Source of the DNA: Escherichia phage ESCO13
Sequence record: NC_047770.1
DNA length: 64,000 bases
Direction: 5' to 3' (one strand)
The stretch's first letter is position 1, and each line of letters opens with the position of its first letter. The notes beneath the pieces were generated by a model, which was not told where the DNA came from, did not search any database, and worked only from the letters and a program-made list of their open reading frames with translations. The translations under genes and the position numbers were made by a program. Below are positions 35,103 through 45,005 of the stretch, piece by piece.

Positions 35103-37700
35103 CTAGTGACAGGACGCCCAGGAGTTACCCACATCATATCCGGCAGTAAGCTGAACATTAAGATTGTAAAATTCTCCAGCCTTAGTAACAGCTAAAGCAG
35201 CAAGTTCACCTGCCCGACTATAGGCTGTAAACCATCCACCTTTGGGAGATTCATGAATGTTAGCCCAAATTTGCCCTGTCTCTTTTTCCTTATTATGCTT
35301 CCATTCTTCAACTTTAGCAAGGCATTCTTTATCAATTTTCTTTTGTTCTTCAGGATCGTCTACTTTCTTCCAACCTAATGATTCAGGTGAAAACCATTTG
35401 AATTCTACAAGGTTACGAGAAACTTCAAGCTGGGCTTCATCGTGATATGCAATCATTTGTTGCACGAAGTCTTTATTCTTCCAGTCATCTTTAAAGAAGT
35501 CAACACTTAGCCCTTCTTCTTCGATCATGTCGTCATAAATAACCATTGCACGTTTAGCACAGATAACCCCACCACTTTGGAACAGAGAGTTAAGAATCGC
35601 GTGAGCAGAACGAGTAGGAACCTTACGACCGTCAATACCCAAAACATACTGTTTACCAGTCTTAACCCAGAAATCGTTTAAACGTTCTTTAAGACGCGCC
35701 AGTGGGAATGCAGCTTCCCAGAAAGCATCGAACACCAGTTGCCCTGTGTATTTATCGCTACCAATTGTTTTAGCAACCTTGTCTGCTTGTGCACCATAAG
35801 TGATCCCGTATTTAACAGATTTCGCCGGACTACGTTCAAACTTACGCCCAATAGTATCTGTAATACGTTTTGCCATCATGGTATGAACATCGTTAGGCTT
35901 CTCTAACAAGAGAGCGTTACAGTATTCATGAGGCTCCGGTTCGTAGCGCCAACAATAATGCGACTCAATCTTTGCTTCCAAAGAGTCGAAGTCATAACCG
36001 ATCTGGAAGTATTTAGGAACTTCTACACCAAACAAGTTACGCATCTCCCATCCAAACAAAGATGTGACACGAGGGATATTGGCTACAGACCTATGCTTCA
36101 TACGAGAGGTTGCAGCATCACATGTAGCGGCTGGTGTAGGAATACGCCCATCCGCCCTTACTGCGGCTAAGAAACCTTTATCGTATTCTTGATCTTCTTC
36201 ATCTTCTTCCCAATCAGCACCGCCACCTAAAATAGAGTTCCTACGATGCTTATACGTTAAGTATTCTACAATCTGAGTAGCATAAGGAAATTTCTCACCC
36301 AAAGCTTGCAGGTTAGGACAGATTTCTTTTTCCTGACCTTTGGTAAAACATGGGTTAGTCAATACTTTAAGACCGCGACCTTTACCTTTTGCTATACGCT
36401 CTTGAATCTTCCTTTCCAAGGTTTCCGGTGTGCACTCCAGATGATCACAACGATCCTGACAAAAATTAGAAGATAGAGTTTGCTCAACGTAAGCTCGAAT
36501 ACCTTTCTGAAGTTCTTCCTCGCTCTTTTTAATCTTGGTGCCAGATTTAAGAGTCAAGTCTTTATCTTTATATTCAGACGGTACCCAACCTAATCCTACA
36601 AGCCAGTTTTTAATATGGGTTGTATCGTTCAATGTTGCAGGGATGTTAGGATCACATAGAGGTTCATCTGCTGCAACTGGCAGTTTCCACTCTTTCCCCA
36701 ACATAACTAACCACCAATCGCCATCCCTCTCTTCCAAATGACCATCATGCTTCTTAGCAAAATTGATCATATGGTTAGTTGGCTCTAAGTTCTTTTTAAT
36801 TTGCAACTTAGGTGGAATAAAAGCCTTAAGATAGCCTTTTGTTGCTGGTTTAGGTGGCAAAATAGGCTCAACGAGTAAACGAAGACGCTCCATTTCTGCA
36901 TCCAAAAAAGCAAGGTTCTCTTCTGCTTGCTTCATGTTAAAAGCAAACCCACGGTGTTCCTGGCGTGTGATAATGTCTGCTACACGTTGTTCAAGTTCAA
37001 ATGGACCTTCCCATTTATCATAATCACCCCATTCTTCCATAAGGTAGTTATATACGCTCGTATTGGCTTTGTTGTCATAGATACAGTAATAAAGCATATC
37101 CGCAGCAAAAGTCTTAAATCGATCTTCTTCTGGAATCTCTTTACGGAAATCTATTTTTACATCACCACCTGCTTTTCGAGAAAGTGCTGCCAAGCTATGT
37201 CCTGATTTGCCCTCAATCTTTCGATCTGGGTTTAACACTTTACTCAAAATCAAGGAGTCAATAAGTTTTACCTTATTTTTGCCCCACGTATTATATTTAA
37301 CACTGTAATCTAATCCATAAAACAGTTTTGTAGCCAACCAGTCGTAGTTGATACCGTTGTGAGCCACAGCCATTTCAACCAGATATTCAGGCTTGTCTTT
37401 AAAATAACCTTCATGATTAATAAAGTCTGGGAAATCTTTTAGTTGAAAATGCGTGTAATCTTGCGCCACATACTCTTTAAGAACATATGTGTATTTACCA
37501 TCTGACTCTTCATAAGGACGCCCATCAAAGATGTATTTAGGGCCATCGTGGAAAGCTACTATTTCTCCTGTTTCATGGTTCTCTAAGACAATACAGTGCA
37601 TTTGAAATGTGTCTTTGAGACGATAAGGACTAGCTAAATAATCAATAGTGTCATTATTCAACAATCCGTTTGCTTCAATATCCCATGTAAACTTACTCAC
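35103..37700 (-). CDS. DNA polymerase, family A, with 3'-5' exonuclease domain
   Basis: 865 aa; N-terminal exo motif DIEANG; motif A-like DFDSLEAKI; motif B-like K..YGITYG; motif C MIAYHDE. Confidence 0.85.
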   Translation of the reverse strand: MSKFTWDIEANGLLNNDTIDYLASPYRLKDTFQMHCIVLENHETGEIVAFHDGPKYIFDGRPYEESDGKYTYVLKEYVAQDYTHFQLKDFPDFINHEGYFKDKPEYLVEMAVAHNGINYDWLATKLFYGLDYSVKYNTWGKNKVKLIDSLILSKVLNPDRKIEGKSGHSLAALSRKAGGDVKIDFRKEIPEEDRFKTFAADMLYYCIYDNKANTSVYNYLMEEWGDYDKWEGPFELEQRVADIITRQEHRGFAFNMKQAEENLAFLDAEMERLRLLVEPILPPKPATKGYLKAFIPPKLQIKKNLEPTNHMINFAKKHDGHLEERDGDWWLVMLGKEWKLPVAADEPLCDPNIPATLNDTTHIKNWLVGLGWVPSEYKDKDLTLKSGTKIKKSEEELQKGIRAYVEQTLSSNFCQDRCDHLECTPETLERKIQERIAKGKGRGLKVLTNPCFTKGQEKEICPNLQALGEKFPYATQIVEYLTYKHRRNSILGGGADWEEDEEDQEYDKGFLAAVRADGRIPTPAATCDAATSRMKHRSVANIPRVTSLFGWEMRNLFGVEVPKYFQIGYDFDSLEAKIESHYCWRYEPEPHEYCNALLLEKPNDVHTMMAKRITDTIGRKFERSPAKSVKYGITYGAQADKVAKTIGSDKYTGQLVFDAFWEAAFPLARLKERLNDFWVKTGKQYVLGIDGRKVPTRSAHAILNSLFQSGGVICAKRAMVIYDDMIEEEGLSVDFFKDDWKNKDFVQQMIAYHDEAQLEVSRNLVEFKWFSPESLGWKKVDDPEEQKKIDKECLAKVEEWKHNKEKETGQIWANIHESPKGGWFTAYSRAGELAALAVTKAGEFYNLNVQLTAGYDVGNSWASCH

Positions 37701-38494
37701 TATTCCTCCTTTCTAATGTTCTCCAGAACCCACTGAAGTTCTTTTAAACTTAAACTTCTTACTCCCGCAGTTTTACTAGCTTCAGCTTTAAGTAACGGGT
37801 AAGCCTCAATGATACGCGTTTTAAGATCAGAAGTCAAGGCTTTTAAAAAATAGGTAGATGCTTCAGATAAAGAATCTTCTTCTGATAACACTTTACCTGC
37901 ACTTGCTCCCGCTCTCCTAACGGCTATATCGTAGTCTTTACTGTTACCTAATACGAATAGTCGATTCTCTCCTAAAACAACGGGAGAACGCTTCTCGTTG
38001 CGTTTAATCCATATCTGGAATACACAAGGAACATCCCAAGGTTCTCCATGAAGAATAAAAGATCCTTTTGGACATTCTTCTTCGTAAAGAAGATGCATGT
38101 GGGGATTTAGTTTGTGTGCAAAAAAGATTTTTTGAAATGTGCGAGGCAAGATAAAACAAATACCACCTTCGTTATCCAACATTTCAGCACAATGGTTAAA
38201 GAACTTAATGGCAAGACTAGCATTTTTTCCAAACGGAGGATTACCGACAAAAGCAGTTACACTACCAACAGACTCTACAGATTGAGCTAAAAAATCTGCC
38301 TCAATACAATCTTCAAACTTAGGATCAATATCAAAAGAAGTTATGTTTTTAAAACAAGAAGAGAAAGCTCCTTCTCCCGCAGATGGTTCTACGTAGTTAG
38401 CTTCCTCTCCAAAAATTTCTTTGATCTTATCACATAAGAACCCCGCATAAGCGGGGTTAGTGTAATATTGATCAAGTGTGTTCAACTTGCTCAA
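37700..38494 (-). CDS. SAM-dependent DNA methyltransferase (N6-adenine/N4-cytosine type, NPPF motif)
   Basis: 264 aa; motif I VEPSAGEGAF; motif IV FVGNPPFG; stop overlaps the polymerase start. Confidence 0.6.
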   Translation of the reverse strand: MSKLNTLDQYYTNPAYAGFLCDKIKEIFGEEANYVEPSAGEGAFSSCFKNITSFDIDPKFEDCIEADFLAQSVESVGSVTAFVGNPPFGKNASLAIKFFNHCAEMLDNEGGICFILPRTFQKIFFAHKLNPHMHLLYEEECPKGSFILHGEPWDVPCVFQIWIKRNEKRSPVVLGENRLFVLGNSKDYDIAVRRAGASAGKVLSEEDSLSEASTYFLKALTSDLKTRIIEAYPLLKAEASKTAGVRSLSLKELQWVLENIRKEE

Positions 38495-38503
38495 TAGTCC
38501 TCC

Positions 38504-38935
38504 TTAGTTGTTAGCGAACTCAATAGTGAGGTCAACTTTACCATCGTCAGAAATAACCATGTTTTTGGTATTTTTAAAGATGATATCTACTTTACCTTCA
38601 CTTACACGACAGAATGCAACACCATCTGCAACTTTATCGATATAATATTTGTAAGAAAGAATACCCACTTTACTACGACCAGCACCTTTTGTGAAAGAAG
38701 GGCTTACATCGAAACGGAAACCTTTAGAAGAAACAACACGGTAAGAACGTCCAGTTGGAAGATGTTCAATAACAGAGACATTGTTCTCAACAACTTTTAC
38801 AGCAAACTCTTCAGGATGATCCTCAACAATCATATGTGGGATGGCAAATGCCAACGCTTGTTTGTGTTTAATAACACCAGCACCCAGAGCACCAGCAGCT
38901 TTAACTTTTGCATTCAGATCGATTGTCATACGCAT
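38504..38935 (-). CDS. Hypothetical protein
   Basis: 143 aa; RBS GAGGAG; own promoter candidate upstream. Confidence 0.45.
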   Translation of the reverse strand: MRMTIDLNAKVKAAGALGAGVIKHKQALAFAIPHMIVEDHPEEFAVKVVENNVSVIEHLPTGRSYRVVSSKGFRFDVSPSFTKGAGRSKVGILSYKYYIDKVADGVAFCRVSEGKVDIIFKNTKNMVISDDGKVDLTIEFANN

Positions 38936-38968
38936 TTTTACTTCTCCTCTTGTTTGGTTGATGAGACA

Positions 38969-38997
38969 AGTATAAGTCCCTTCCGCAAAGTTGTCAA
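38969..38997 (-). promoter_or_regulatory. Sigma70-like promoter candidate on the minus strand (TTGACA-N17-TATACT)
   Basis: Reverse complement of about 38969-38997 reads TTGACA, 17-nt spacer, TATACT; RBS and start at 38935 follow. Confidence 0.45.
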
Positions 38998-39013
38998 CAG
39001 GTATTTTTAATAA

Positions 39014-39029
39014 AAGGGCCGAAGCCCTT
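39014..39029 (-). terminator. Hairpin at the 3' end of the primase-helicase gene (terminator candidate)
   Basis: AAGGGC-CGAA-GCCCTT overlapping the stop codon, followed on the minus strand by TTATTAAAAA. Confidence 0.3.
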
Positions 39030-40806
39030 AGTAGTTGCTATCCGTAGGCAAATTAGCAGGATTGTTGAAATACTGCTCTTTGTCATGCAGAGTTGCAGTT
39101 CTAATGTCATAGTAAAACTGCCCTGCCGGACCAGTTTCCGAGAACTCACGGTTTTTTAGGATAAAGCAATGAGTCGTATTGCGTTCTACAGGGTCTTCAG
39201 CGGCTTTATCTCGTTCCAAAGCCAAGGTAATACCAGCACCTTTAGCCAAGAAACTACTACCCATTGCATCGTCCTCTGTTAAGTGTTCATTGCCACCATT
39301 AGCCGATTTCTTAACGTGTGAGATGACGATAATAGTTATAGCATACTCTTTCATGATGCGCTTCAACCATGTTGCTAACTCTTCCTGGGCTTGAACATCC
39401 ATACCAGAAAGCAAATCAGAATAAGGGTCGATAACAAGAATTGTTACTCCAAAATAGATGATCATCTCCAAAACTTTTTCTTTGATAGACTCCACATCTG
39501 CTCCACGATCATCACACACATAAAAACGTGGTGATCCATCTTCTCTTTCGTAAAAATCTAGGATTTTTTCTTTATTCTCTTCCAAGATTTGAAATTTCTC
39601 TTCCGGTGTTTTCCTGTGTAGAGGAATATGCAGGAACGAGGACAACAGGTTACGAGAATACTTCTTATAAGTTGCTTCCAAGGACAGAATGCCTAGGGTA
39701 TGTTCTGGGTGCGCAACAATGATATGTTTGGTGATCTCGTTCACCATCAAAGTTTTACCGATACTGGTCTTTGCCAGGATGACTGTAATCTCTTCCTCTA
39801 CTAAACCACCACCCAGCATATTTGCAGCAACACGCATAAAAGGAGGCAAGGTAATCATCTTGGATTCCAAGCATTCTAATGCAGCTTCATACAAGACATT
39901 AGAAGCATAAACACCTGCTGGGGTGTATAGACGAGCACTCCAAAAAGCTTTTACGAAATCTTTTGCACGACCTTCTTCCAGATATTGATTGGCATCCTTA
40001 AGATCCATCTGCATACGGTAGACTTTGTTACGAGGCAGCACCTTAACAATATTTTCAAATGCCTCATTACCTGCTTTGTCATTATCCATGCAAACAATAA
40101 TCTTCTTAAATTTTTCAAAGAAAGGGTATTGTGCCTGAACTTGTTTATACATACTGGTTTCACCAGTTGTGCCACTTACTACGGCTGGAAGCTCATATTT
40201 ACTGTCCAAGTTTTCAGATAGCATTTGATAAGCTGCCAGAGCATCGTGTTCACCACCTGTAATTACAACAGTATGAGAACGGTCTGCAAAACGAATTTGT
40301 CCAAAAAGATCTACATCTTTACCTACTTGACCAATAGGTTTACTGAAATCTTTAGGATGAATACGACGCTTAAAACCAACCAATTCTTTACCGATGGTAG
40401 TCGGATATAAACAACTTTCTACTACCATCTGATCTCCTTCCTGACGGTATTCATAACGAACACCATAGAAAGATGAAACTTTTTCTTTAATGCCTCGATA
40501 ACCACGTGGGTTGGTTGATGTTTCTTGAACAATTTTACGATGAATCTGTTTATTAAATTCCGAACCCACAATCTCCTCCTCTTCTTCTAAAACTTCACCA
40601 TTTTCTCGTAACCATTCTACGCTAGGAATAGTGTATTCACACGCAAAGCACTTAGCACCTTTATGCTCTCCATTAGAATCTAATCCGTAAACCATCAGGT
40701 TATTACGAGAGCGATCCTTGCCATTTTTCATGCAGCGCGGACAACCTGTATGTCCTTCCTTGCTAAGATCAACATCAAATCCATATTTAGTTATAATGTG
40801 CGACAC
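39028..40806 (-). CDS. DNA primase-helicase (T7 gp4-like)
   Basis: 592 aa; N-terminal Cys4 zinc ribbon (CPRCMKNG...CFACEY); TOPRIM-like region; Walker A ILAKTSIGKT; DnaB-like C-terminal domain. Confidence 0.8.
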   Translation of the reverse strand: MSHIITKYGFDVDLSKEGHTGCPRCMKNGKDRSRNNLMVYGLDSNGEHKGAKCFACEYTIPSVEWLRENGEVLEEEEEIVGSEFNKQIHRKIVQETSTNPRGYRGIKEKVSSFYGVRYEYRQEGDQMVVESCLYPTTIGKELVGFKRRIHPKDFSKPIGQVGKDVDLFGQIRFADRSHTVVITGGEHDALAAYQMLSENLDSKYELPAVVSGTTGETSMYKQVQAQYPFFEKFKKIIVCMDNDKAGNEAFENIVKVLPRNKVYRMQMDLKDANQYLEEGRAKDFVKAFWSARLYTPAGVYASNVLYEAALECLESKMITLPPFMRVAANMLGGGLVEEEITVILAKTSIGKTLMVNEITKHIIVAHPEHTLGILSLEATYKKYSRNLLSSFLHIPLHRKTPEEKFQILEENKEKILDFYEREDGSPRFYVCDDRGADVESIKEKVLEMIIYFGVTILVIDPYSDLLSGMDVQAQEELATWLKRIMKEYAITIIVISHVKKSANGGNEHLTEDDAMGSSFLAKGAGITLALERDKAAEDPVERNTTHCFILKNREFSETGPAGQFYYDIRTATLHDKEQYFNNPANLPTDSNY

Positions 40807-40818
40807 TTTGTTCTCCTG

Positions 40819-41097
40819 TTAAAATGGTTCGTTAGTCTCCATCATATATTCTGCTTCTAGTTCTTCCATGTGCTTTCTAAATTGGAAAGCAATTTCTGCT
40901 ACAGTTACATTTAAATCTTTTTCAAAAACTTCTGTAGATCCTTCATAAAAACGAATACCGTCAATTAAAAGCCCTCCGTGGTAATCCCAATCGCTTTCAC
41001 GAGAAAGTGGATTAGGTTCTTCATAATAGTAATCCACCTCCACGACCAAGGCTTTCCCGTTACGAGTGGTGTATTCAAAATCAAAAGTGTTAATCAT
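40819..41097 (-). CDS. Hypothetical protein
   Basis: 92 aa ORF, coupled to the downstream gene. Confidence 0.4.
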   Translation of the reverse strand: MINTFDFEYTTRNGKALVVEVDYYYEEPNPLSRESDWDYHGGLLIDGIRFYEGSTEVFEKDLNVTVAEIAFQFRKHMEELEAEYMMETNEPF

Positions 41098-42041
41098 TAT
41101 AGCTCCTCAAATAAAAGTCTACGACGCTCATTCAACACATCAATGTGATAATGAGTCCTGACATACTTAGCTAATGCTAATCCTTTCTCCATGCAAACAT
41201 CGGGAGCACTTAATAAGTATTCCGTAATATCTTTCCACTCGGAAGGTGTTTCAGCAAAGAATAACAAATCTTTAAACTCTTGTGTATGATAATTCTCACG
41301 AGGAGAGCAGATTAAAGGTAAACCCTTAGCACCTGCCTCAAGAATTTTAAGATTGCTTTTTGCATTATTAAACACGTTATCGACCAATGGTGCAAGACTG
41401 ATTTGATGACCATCGTAAGATTCCATGTAGTTGGCATATGGTCTTACACCTTCATAAACACTAGTTGGTGCTACATTTTCTCTAATTACAGACCATTCAC
41501 GACTACTTAAAACTTCAGAATCCCTACGAAAACCACATATTGTAAGATCTTTACCAAAATCGGGCAAGATAGCCAAATCTTGTTTATGTGTTTCACTTCC
41601 AGCCCAGACTAATGGAGTTTTGGAGTAGCGATCACGGGTCAACACAAATTGACCTTCATCGTAAGGAAGTCCATTAGGGATTATGTGCACATTATCATTG
41701 TATTGTGAAAGTTCAACTTGCAAAGCAGGTGTCGTAGTTGTAACAAGATCACTGTGCTCTAAAAACCATTTTAAATGTTCACGAATACCTGATTCAAAAA
41801 TACCTTCTAACATGTGTCCTTTTGGAATAACTAAAGAGTCATCCAAATCCATAACCATTTTAAAGCCCAGGTTTTTAAGGGCTAAAAAGCCCTCTTTACC
41901 TTTTGTTGGCACTCCGTTAAAAACGAAAACGTTGTATTTAGGTTGTGAAGAGAACTGCCTTGAGTAAGGCAGCACTACCCTATGGAAATCGCAGACACTA
42001 TAATTGATTCCGTTACGATTGTCAAGAATTATTTGTCCCAT
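41097..42041 (-). CDS. Glycosyltransferase, GT-B-like (paralog 1 of tandem pair)
   Basis: 314 aa; shares with 42049-43035: C(D)FHRVV(L/I)P, DLDD, NxLPxDxGQF, VWAG, LAPLVDNxFNNxKSNLKILEAGAKG, VRTHY. Confidence 0.45.
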   Translation of the reverse strand: MGQIILDNRNGINYSVCDFHRVVLPYSRQFSSQPKYNVFVFNGVPTKGKEGFLALKNLGFKMVMDLDDSLVIPKGHMLEGIFESGIREHLKWFLEHSDLVTTTTPALQVELSQYNDNVHIIPNGLPYDEGQFVLTRDRYSKTPLVWAGSETHKQDLAILPDFGKDLTICGFRRDSEVLSSREWSVIRENVAPTSVYEGVRPYANYMESYDGHQISLAPLVDNVFNNAKSNLKILEAGAKGLPLICSPRENYHTQEFKDLLFFAETPSEWKDITEYLLSAPDVCMEKGLALAKYVRTHYHIDVLNERRRLLFEEL

Positions 42042-42048
42042 ACTTCAC

Positions 42049-43035
42049 CTACAAACTTTCAATAACCTGGCGTCGCAATTCGTTTGCATCTGCCAGATTA
42101 TAATGTGTTCGAACATGTTCCGCTAAGAACAAGCCACGATCTTCCCGATAGTTCGGATTGCGAAGAAGCTTAACAATTTCGTAATGCCATTCTGCTTTAT
42201 TCTCTGCGTAAGCAACAGCGCGAGCATCTACAGGGTTAAAATAAGGTAATATCTTAGAACAAACAATTGGAATACCTTTTGCCCCAGCTTCCAAGATTTT
42301 GAGATTACTTTTACAATTATTAAAATCGTTATCTACCAGAGGAGCTATAGCAATAGCATGACCCTCGTAAACACTCATGTAATTATCTAAATCTTTTACA
42401 GCGGCTTTATATTTAGCATTTGGTAAATTTCTGCGAATCTTAATCCACTCTTGTCCCGTGATGCTCTGTGATGCCTCATATCCCGCAATAGTAAGAAGTT
42501 CATCGTCGAAAGTATTAGAGACTAGTCGTAAGTCGGGTTCGTGACTAGCACCGCCAGCCCATACGACAGGGGTACCGGATGAACGATCATTTGACAAAGT
42601 GAATTGTCCGCTATCAAAAGGAAGTGCATTTCGGATCACAACAACATTCCTATTTAAGTGACGGATCTTATATGCCAAGTATTCCGTAGTCACAATGACC
42701 ACATCAGCAAGCTTAACCATAGCTACAATAGAATGGGTGTTTGACTCGTATAGACTTGCTAAATAATGTTCTGGATTAAGTTGGTAGAAATCATCTAAAT
42801 CTACAACAATCTTAACACCTTGACGTTTCAGGGACAGAACATATTCTGCCCCTTTAGAATGAATACGGTTAAACACGACAACATCTTTCTTAGGCTGAAA
42901 ATTATTGTTGTTAAATGGTATAACAATACGATGATAATCACAACCACTGTGAGGTTTTGCATCAATTTTCAGTTTAGTCCATTTTTTATTTGACATGTGC
43001 CAGTGCCTCCTCATAAGAAATTCGGATTTTCCCAT
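42049..43035 (-). CDS. Glycosyltransferase, GT-B-like (paralog 2; likely start at ATG 42996)
   Basis: Clear paralog of 41097-42041; ATG at about 42996 has RBS GGAGG and removes most of the overlap with the upstream gene. Confidence 0.45.
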   Translation of the reverse strand: MGKSEFLMRRHWHMSNKKWTKLKIDAKPHSGCDYHRIVIPFNNNNFQPKKDVVVFNRIHSKGAEYVLSLKRQGVKIVVDLDDFYQLNPEHYLASLYESNTHSIVAMVKLADVVIVTTEYLAYKIRHLNRNVVVIRNALPFDSGQFTLSNDRSSGTPVVWAGGASHEPDLRLVSNTFDDELLTIAGYEASQSITGQEWIKIRRNLPNAKYKAAVKDLDNYMSVYEGHAIAIAPLVDNDFNNCKSNLKILEAGAKGIPIVCSKILPYFNPVDARAVAYAENKAEWHYEIVKLLRNPNYREDRGLFLAEHVRTHYNLADANELRRQVIESL

Positions 43036-43669
43036 TTTTAATATCTTCTAAAGACGCTTTATATTCTTCCCAGTTAATGCCAATAGCAGCTTCTTTCTCT
43101 TCTTTTGTCAGATTAGCAAAAGGCATAGGATTGTTTCCAAAAACATCGTCTGGGTGGATATAAGCCATGATACGAAGTGGACAAGGTATTGCCTGAATGC
43201 CCTGATTCAAACCAGCAGCTTTCAAACGGTGTACCCATTCAGCATCTTCAAAACCATAGCCGTGAGTGTAAGGGCGGAAATAACCCATCTTCTCAACAAC
43301 GGCACGAGAATACATTGCAAATTGACACATTGCAAGTTCCCAGAGAATAACTTCTCCTTTACTCCCAACAACTTTATCTTTGAAATACTCCGGCATACCA
43401 AAGAAATCCCATCCTCCAGAGACAGCTTGATCTACAAAATATGTTTCCCATCCCTCCATGATTGGGTAGCAATCGTCGTCAAAAATAAACCAATAATCAT
43501 AACCTTCTTCATAAAACTGGTGCATAAGTTCATTCCTGGCGTAAGCTACACCTTTACGATCTGGATCGTTGAATACTCGAAAATCTGCATGTGGATCTGT
43601 TACAAGATAGTCTTTAAGTGGACGGACACCTACAGTGATAACACCCACTCCGATTTTAATATTTTCCAT
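42986..43669 (-). CDS. Glycosyltransferase, GT-A-like (DxD)
   Basis: 227 aa; WFIFDDDCYP (DxD-type) and GYGFEDAEW motifs. Confidence 0.45.
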   Translation of the reverse strand: MENIKIGVGVITVGVRPLKDYLVTDPHADFRVFNDPDRKGVAYARNELMHQFYEEGYDYWFIFDDDCYPIMEGWETYFVDQAVSGGWDFFGMPEYFKDKVVGSKGEVILWELAMCQFAMYSRAVVEKMGYFRPYTHGYGFEDAEWVHRLKAAGLNQGIQAIPCPLRIMAYIHPDDVFGNNPMPFANLTKEEKEAAIGINWEEYKASLEDIKNGKIRISYEEALAHVK

Positions 43670-43677
43670 TTTCTCTC

Positions 43678-44241
43678 CTAGATAGTTTTACTGTGATCGT
43701 GACAGTGTAATAAATGATGTATAGACCGTTGAGGATTTGTTTGACCTAATCTGTAAATGTGAAACAGATACATTCCCCGCATCAATCCTAACCTTTTTCC
43801 TTTTTCATGTAAAGTGCGAGAGAAAATTAGGTCGAATTGGATAGATTTTTCTTCGAAAGGAATTTCATTCCACAATGATTTTCTAAAAAGCAAAAAGAAA
43901 CCTGCCAGAGGTGTTCCGAAAGGAACTTCTTCAACACTCACTTTATGATATTCTCTTGCAATCTTAGCATATTCTATATGGTTTAGAATATTTGGATCAT
44001 CGTTAATTTGGTTAGAGAAAAGCTGATAACCACTACCTAACCTGTTACAAGTTGCACCTATTACATCAAAAGGCGGGTTTGACATAATAAGCTCTTCAAG
44101 CATAGATGGTTGATCAGGCAGGAGGAACATTGTATCGGTATCTCTTAAGCACACCCAACTATCATCTGGAAGAACGGCAATAGCTTCATTGATAGCCTTG
44201 CCGATATTTCCTGTCAGATAGGGAGTAATATAATAAATCAT
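43678..44241 (-). CDS. Putative GT-A-like glycosyltransferase
   Basis: 187 aa; LRDTDTMF DxD-like motif; weak. Confidence 0.3.
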   Translation of the reverse strand: MIYYITPYLTGNIGKAINEAIAVLPDDSWVCLRDTDTMFLLPDQPSMLEELIMSNPPFDVIGATCNRLGSGYQLFSNQINDDPNILNHIEYAKIAREYHKVSVEEVPFGTPLAGFFLLFRKSLWNEIPFEEKSIQFDLIFSRTLHEKGKRLGLMRGMYLFHIYRLGQTNPQRSIHHLLHCHDHSKTI

Positions 44242-44258
44242 TCTCCCCCTCCGTTATA

Positions 44259-44450
44259 TTAACTGTCAGCTACAATCCCACGTTTAATCATTTCTTGTTG
44301 GATTTGGATGACACGATCTCGTGCTTCCATATATTCTTTAAAAGATTCTTGGAGATGGTCACGAGCTACATCCCGTAGTTTAATCAGCTTGTCGTTTGTC
44401 ACTTCTTGAAGAGAGATCTCGCCAGTTTCATTGGTCCCAAGCGTTTTCAT
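44259..44450 (-). CDS. Hypothetical protein
   Basis: 63 aa ORF. Confidence 0.35.
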   Translation of the reverse strand: MKTLGTNETGEISLQEVTNDKLIKLRDVARDHLQESFKEYMEARDRVIQIQQEMIKRGIVADS

Positions 44451-44706
44451 TTACAACCTCCTTAATAGCTACTGCACAGTTCTTACAAATACATTGACCT
44501 TTGTTCTTAGAAATTTCAATGTAAGGTTCATTTTCGTTTTCTCCGCGTCGTGAATCGTATATTACAGTATTGAAGCAGACAACGCAAATGTTTTTAATAA
44601 CAACATATTTTTGCACTTTTTGTTTAGTGCGAAAATTTACTTCAATGACTTCTCCCATCAGTGAATCTCCCCTAAAATGTTGTTTTGAGACATTACTGCG
44701 GAGCAT
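44428..44706 (-). CDS. Small Cys4 zinc-finger-like protein (likely start at about 44658)
   Basis: CVVCFN...CICKNC; internal Met gives a start overlapping the upstream stop. Confidence 0.35.
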   Translation of the reverse strand: MLRSNVSKQHFRGDSLMGEVIEVNFRTKQKVQKYVVIKNICVVCFNTVIYDSRRGENENEPYIEISKNKGQCICKNCAVAIKEVVNENAWDQ

Positions 44707-45005
44707 TCTACAGCATCATGAGTCCTTGCAAAACGCTCCCACAGCACAGCATCTACTTTAAGAACCATACAAGGATAAATACTGTCGTTGATCATATCAA
44801 TGCTATATTTATCTACATCCTTTTCATCTTCCATAAACAAAGTAGCGTATGCTTCCAAATGTTTACGGGTGTAGTATACGTCCTCTTCGGTAAGACCGAC
44901 AACCAGGTAACTTGCTACAACAACAGTATTATCTTCTTGCATTTTAACTCCCCTTTGGTAGATAGAAACCATGCACTTTATCTCGATAAACAAGACGCAT
45001 ATCAC
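44658..45005 (-). CDS. Hypothetical protein (likely start at ATG about 44942)
   Basis: Internal Met preceded by AGGGGAG, 1 nt after the hydrolase stop. Confidence 0.4.
   Translation of the reverse strand: MICVLFIEIKCMVSIYQRGVKMQEDNTVVVASYLVVGLTEEDVYYTRKHLEAYATLFMEDEKDVDKYSIDMINDSIYPCMVLKVDAVLWERFARTHDAVECSAVMSQNNILGEIH

Noticed and set aside
43154-43681. 175-aa plus-strand ORF opposite the GT-A-like gene
   Set aside because: Antisense to a CDS with a DxD glycosyltransferase motif; no RBS.
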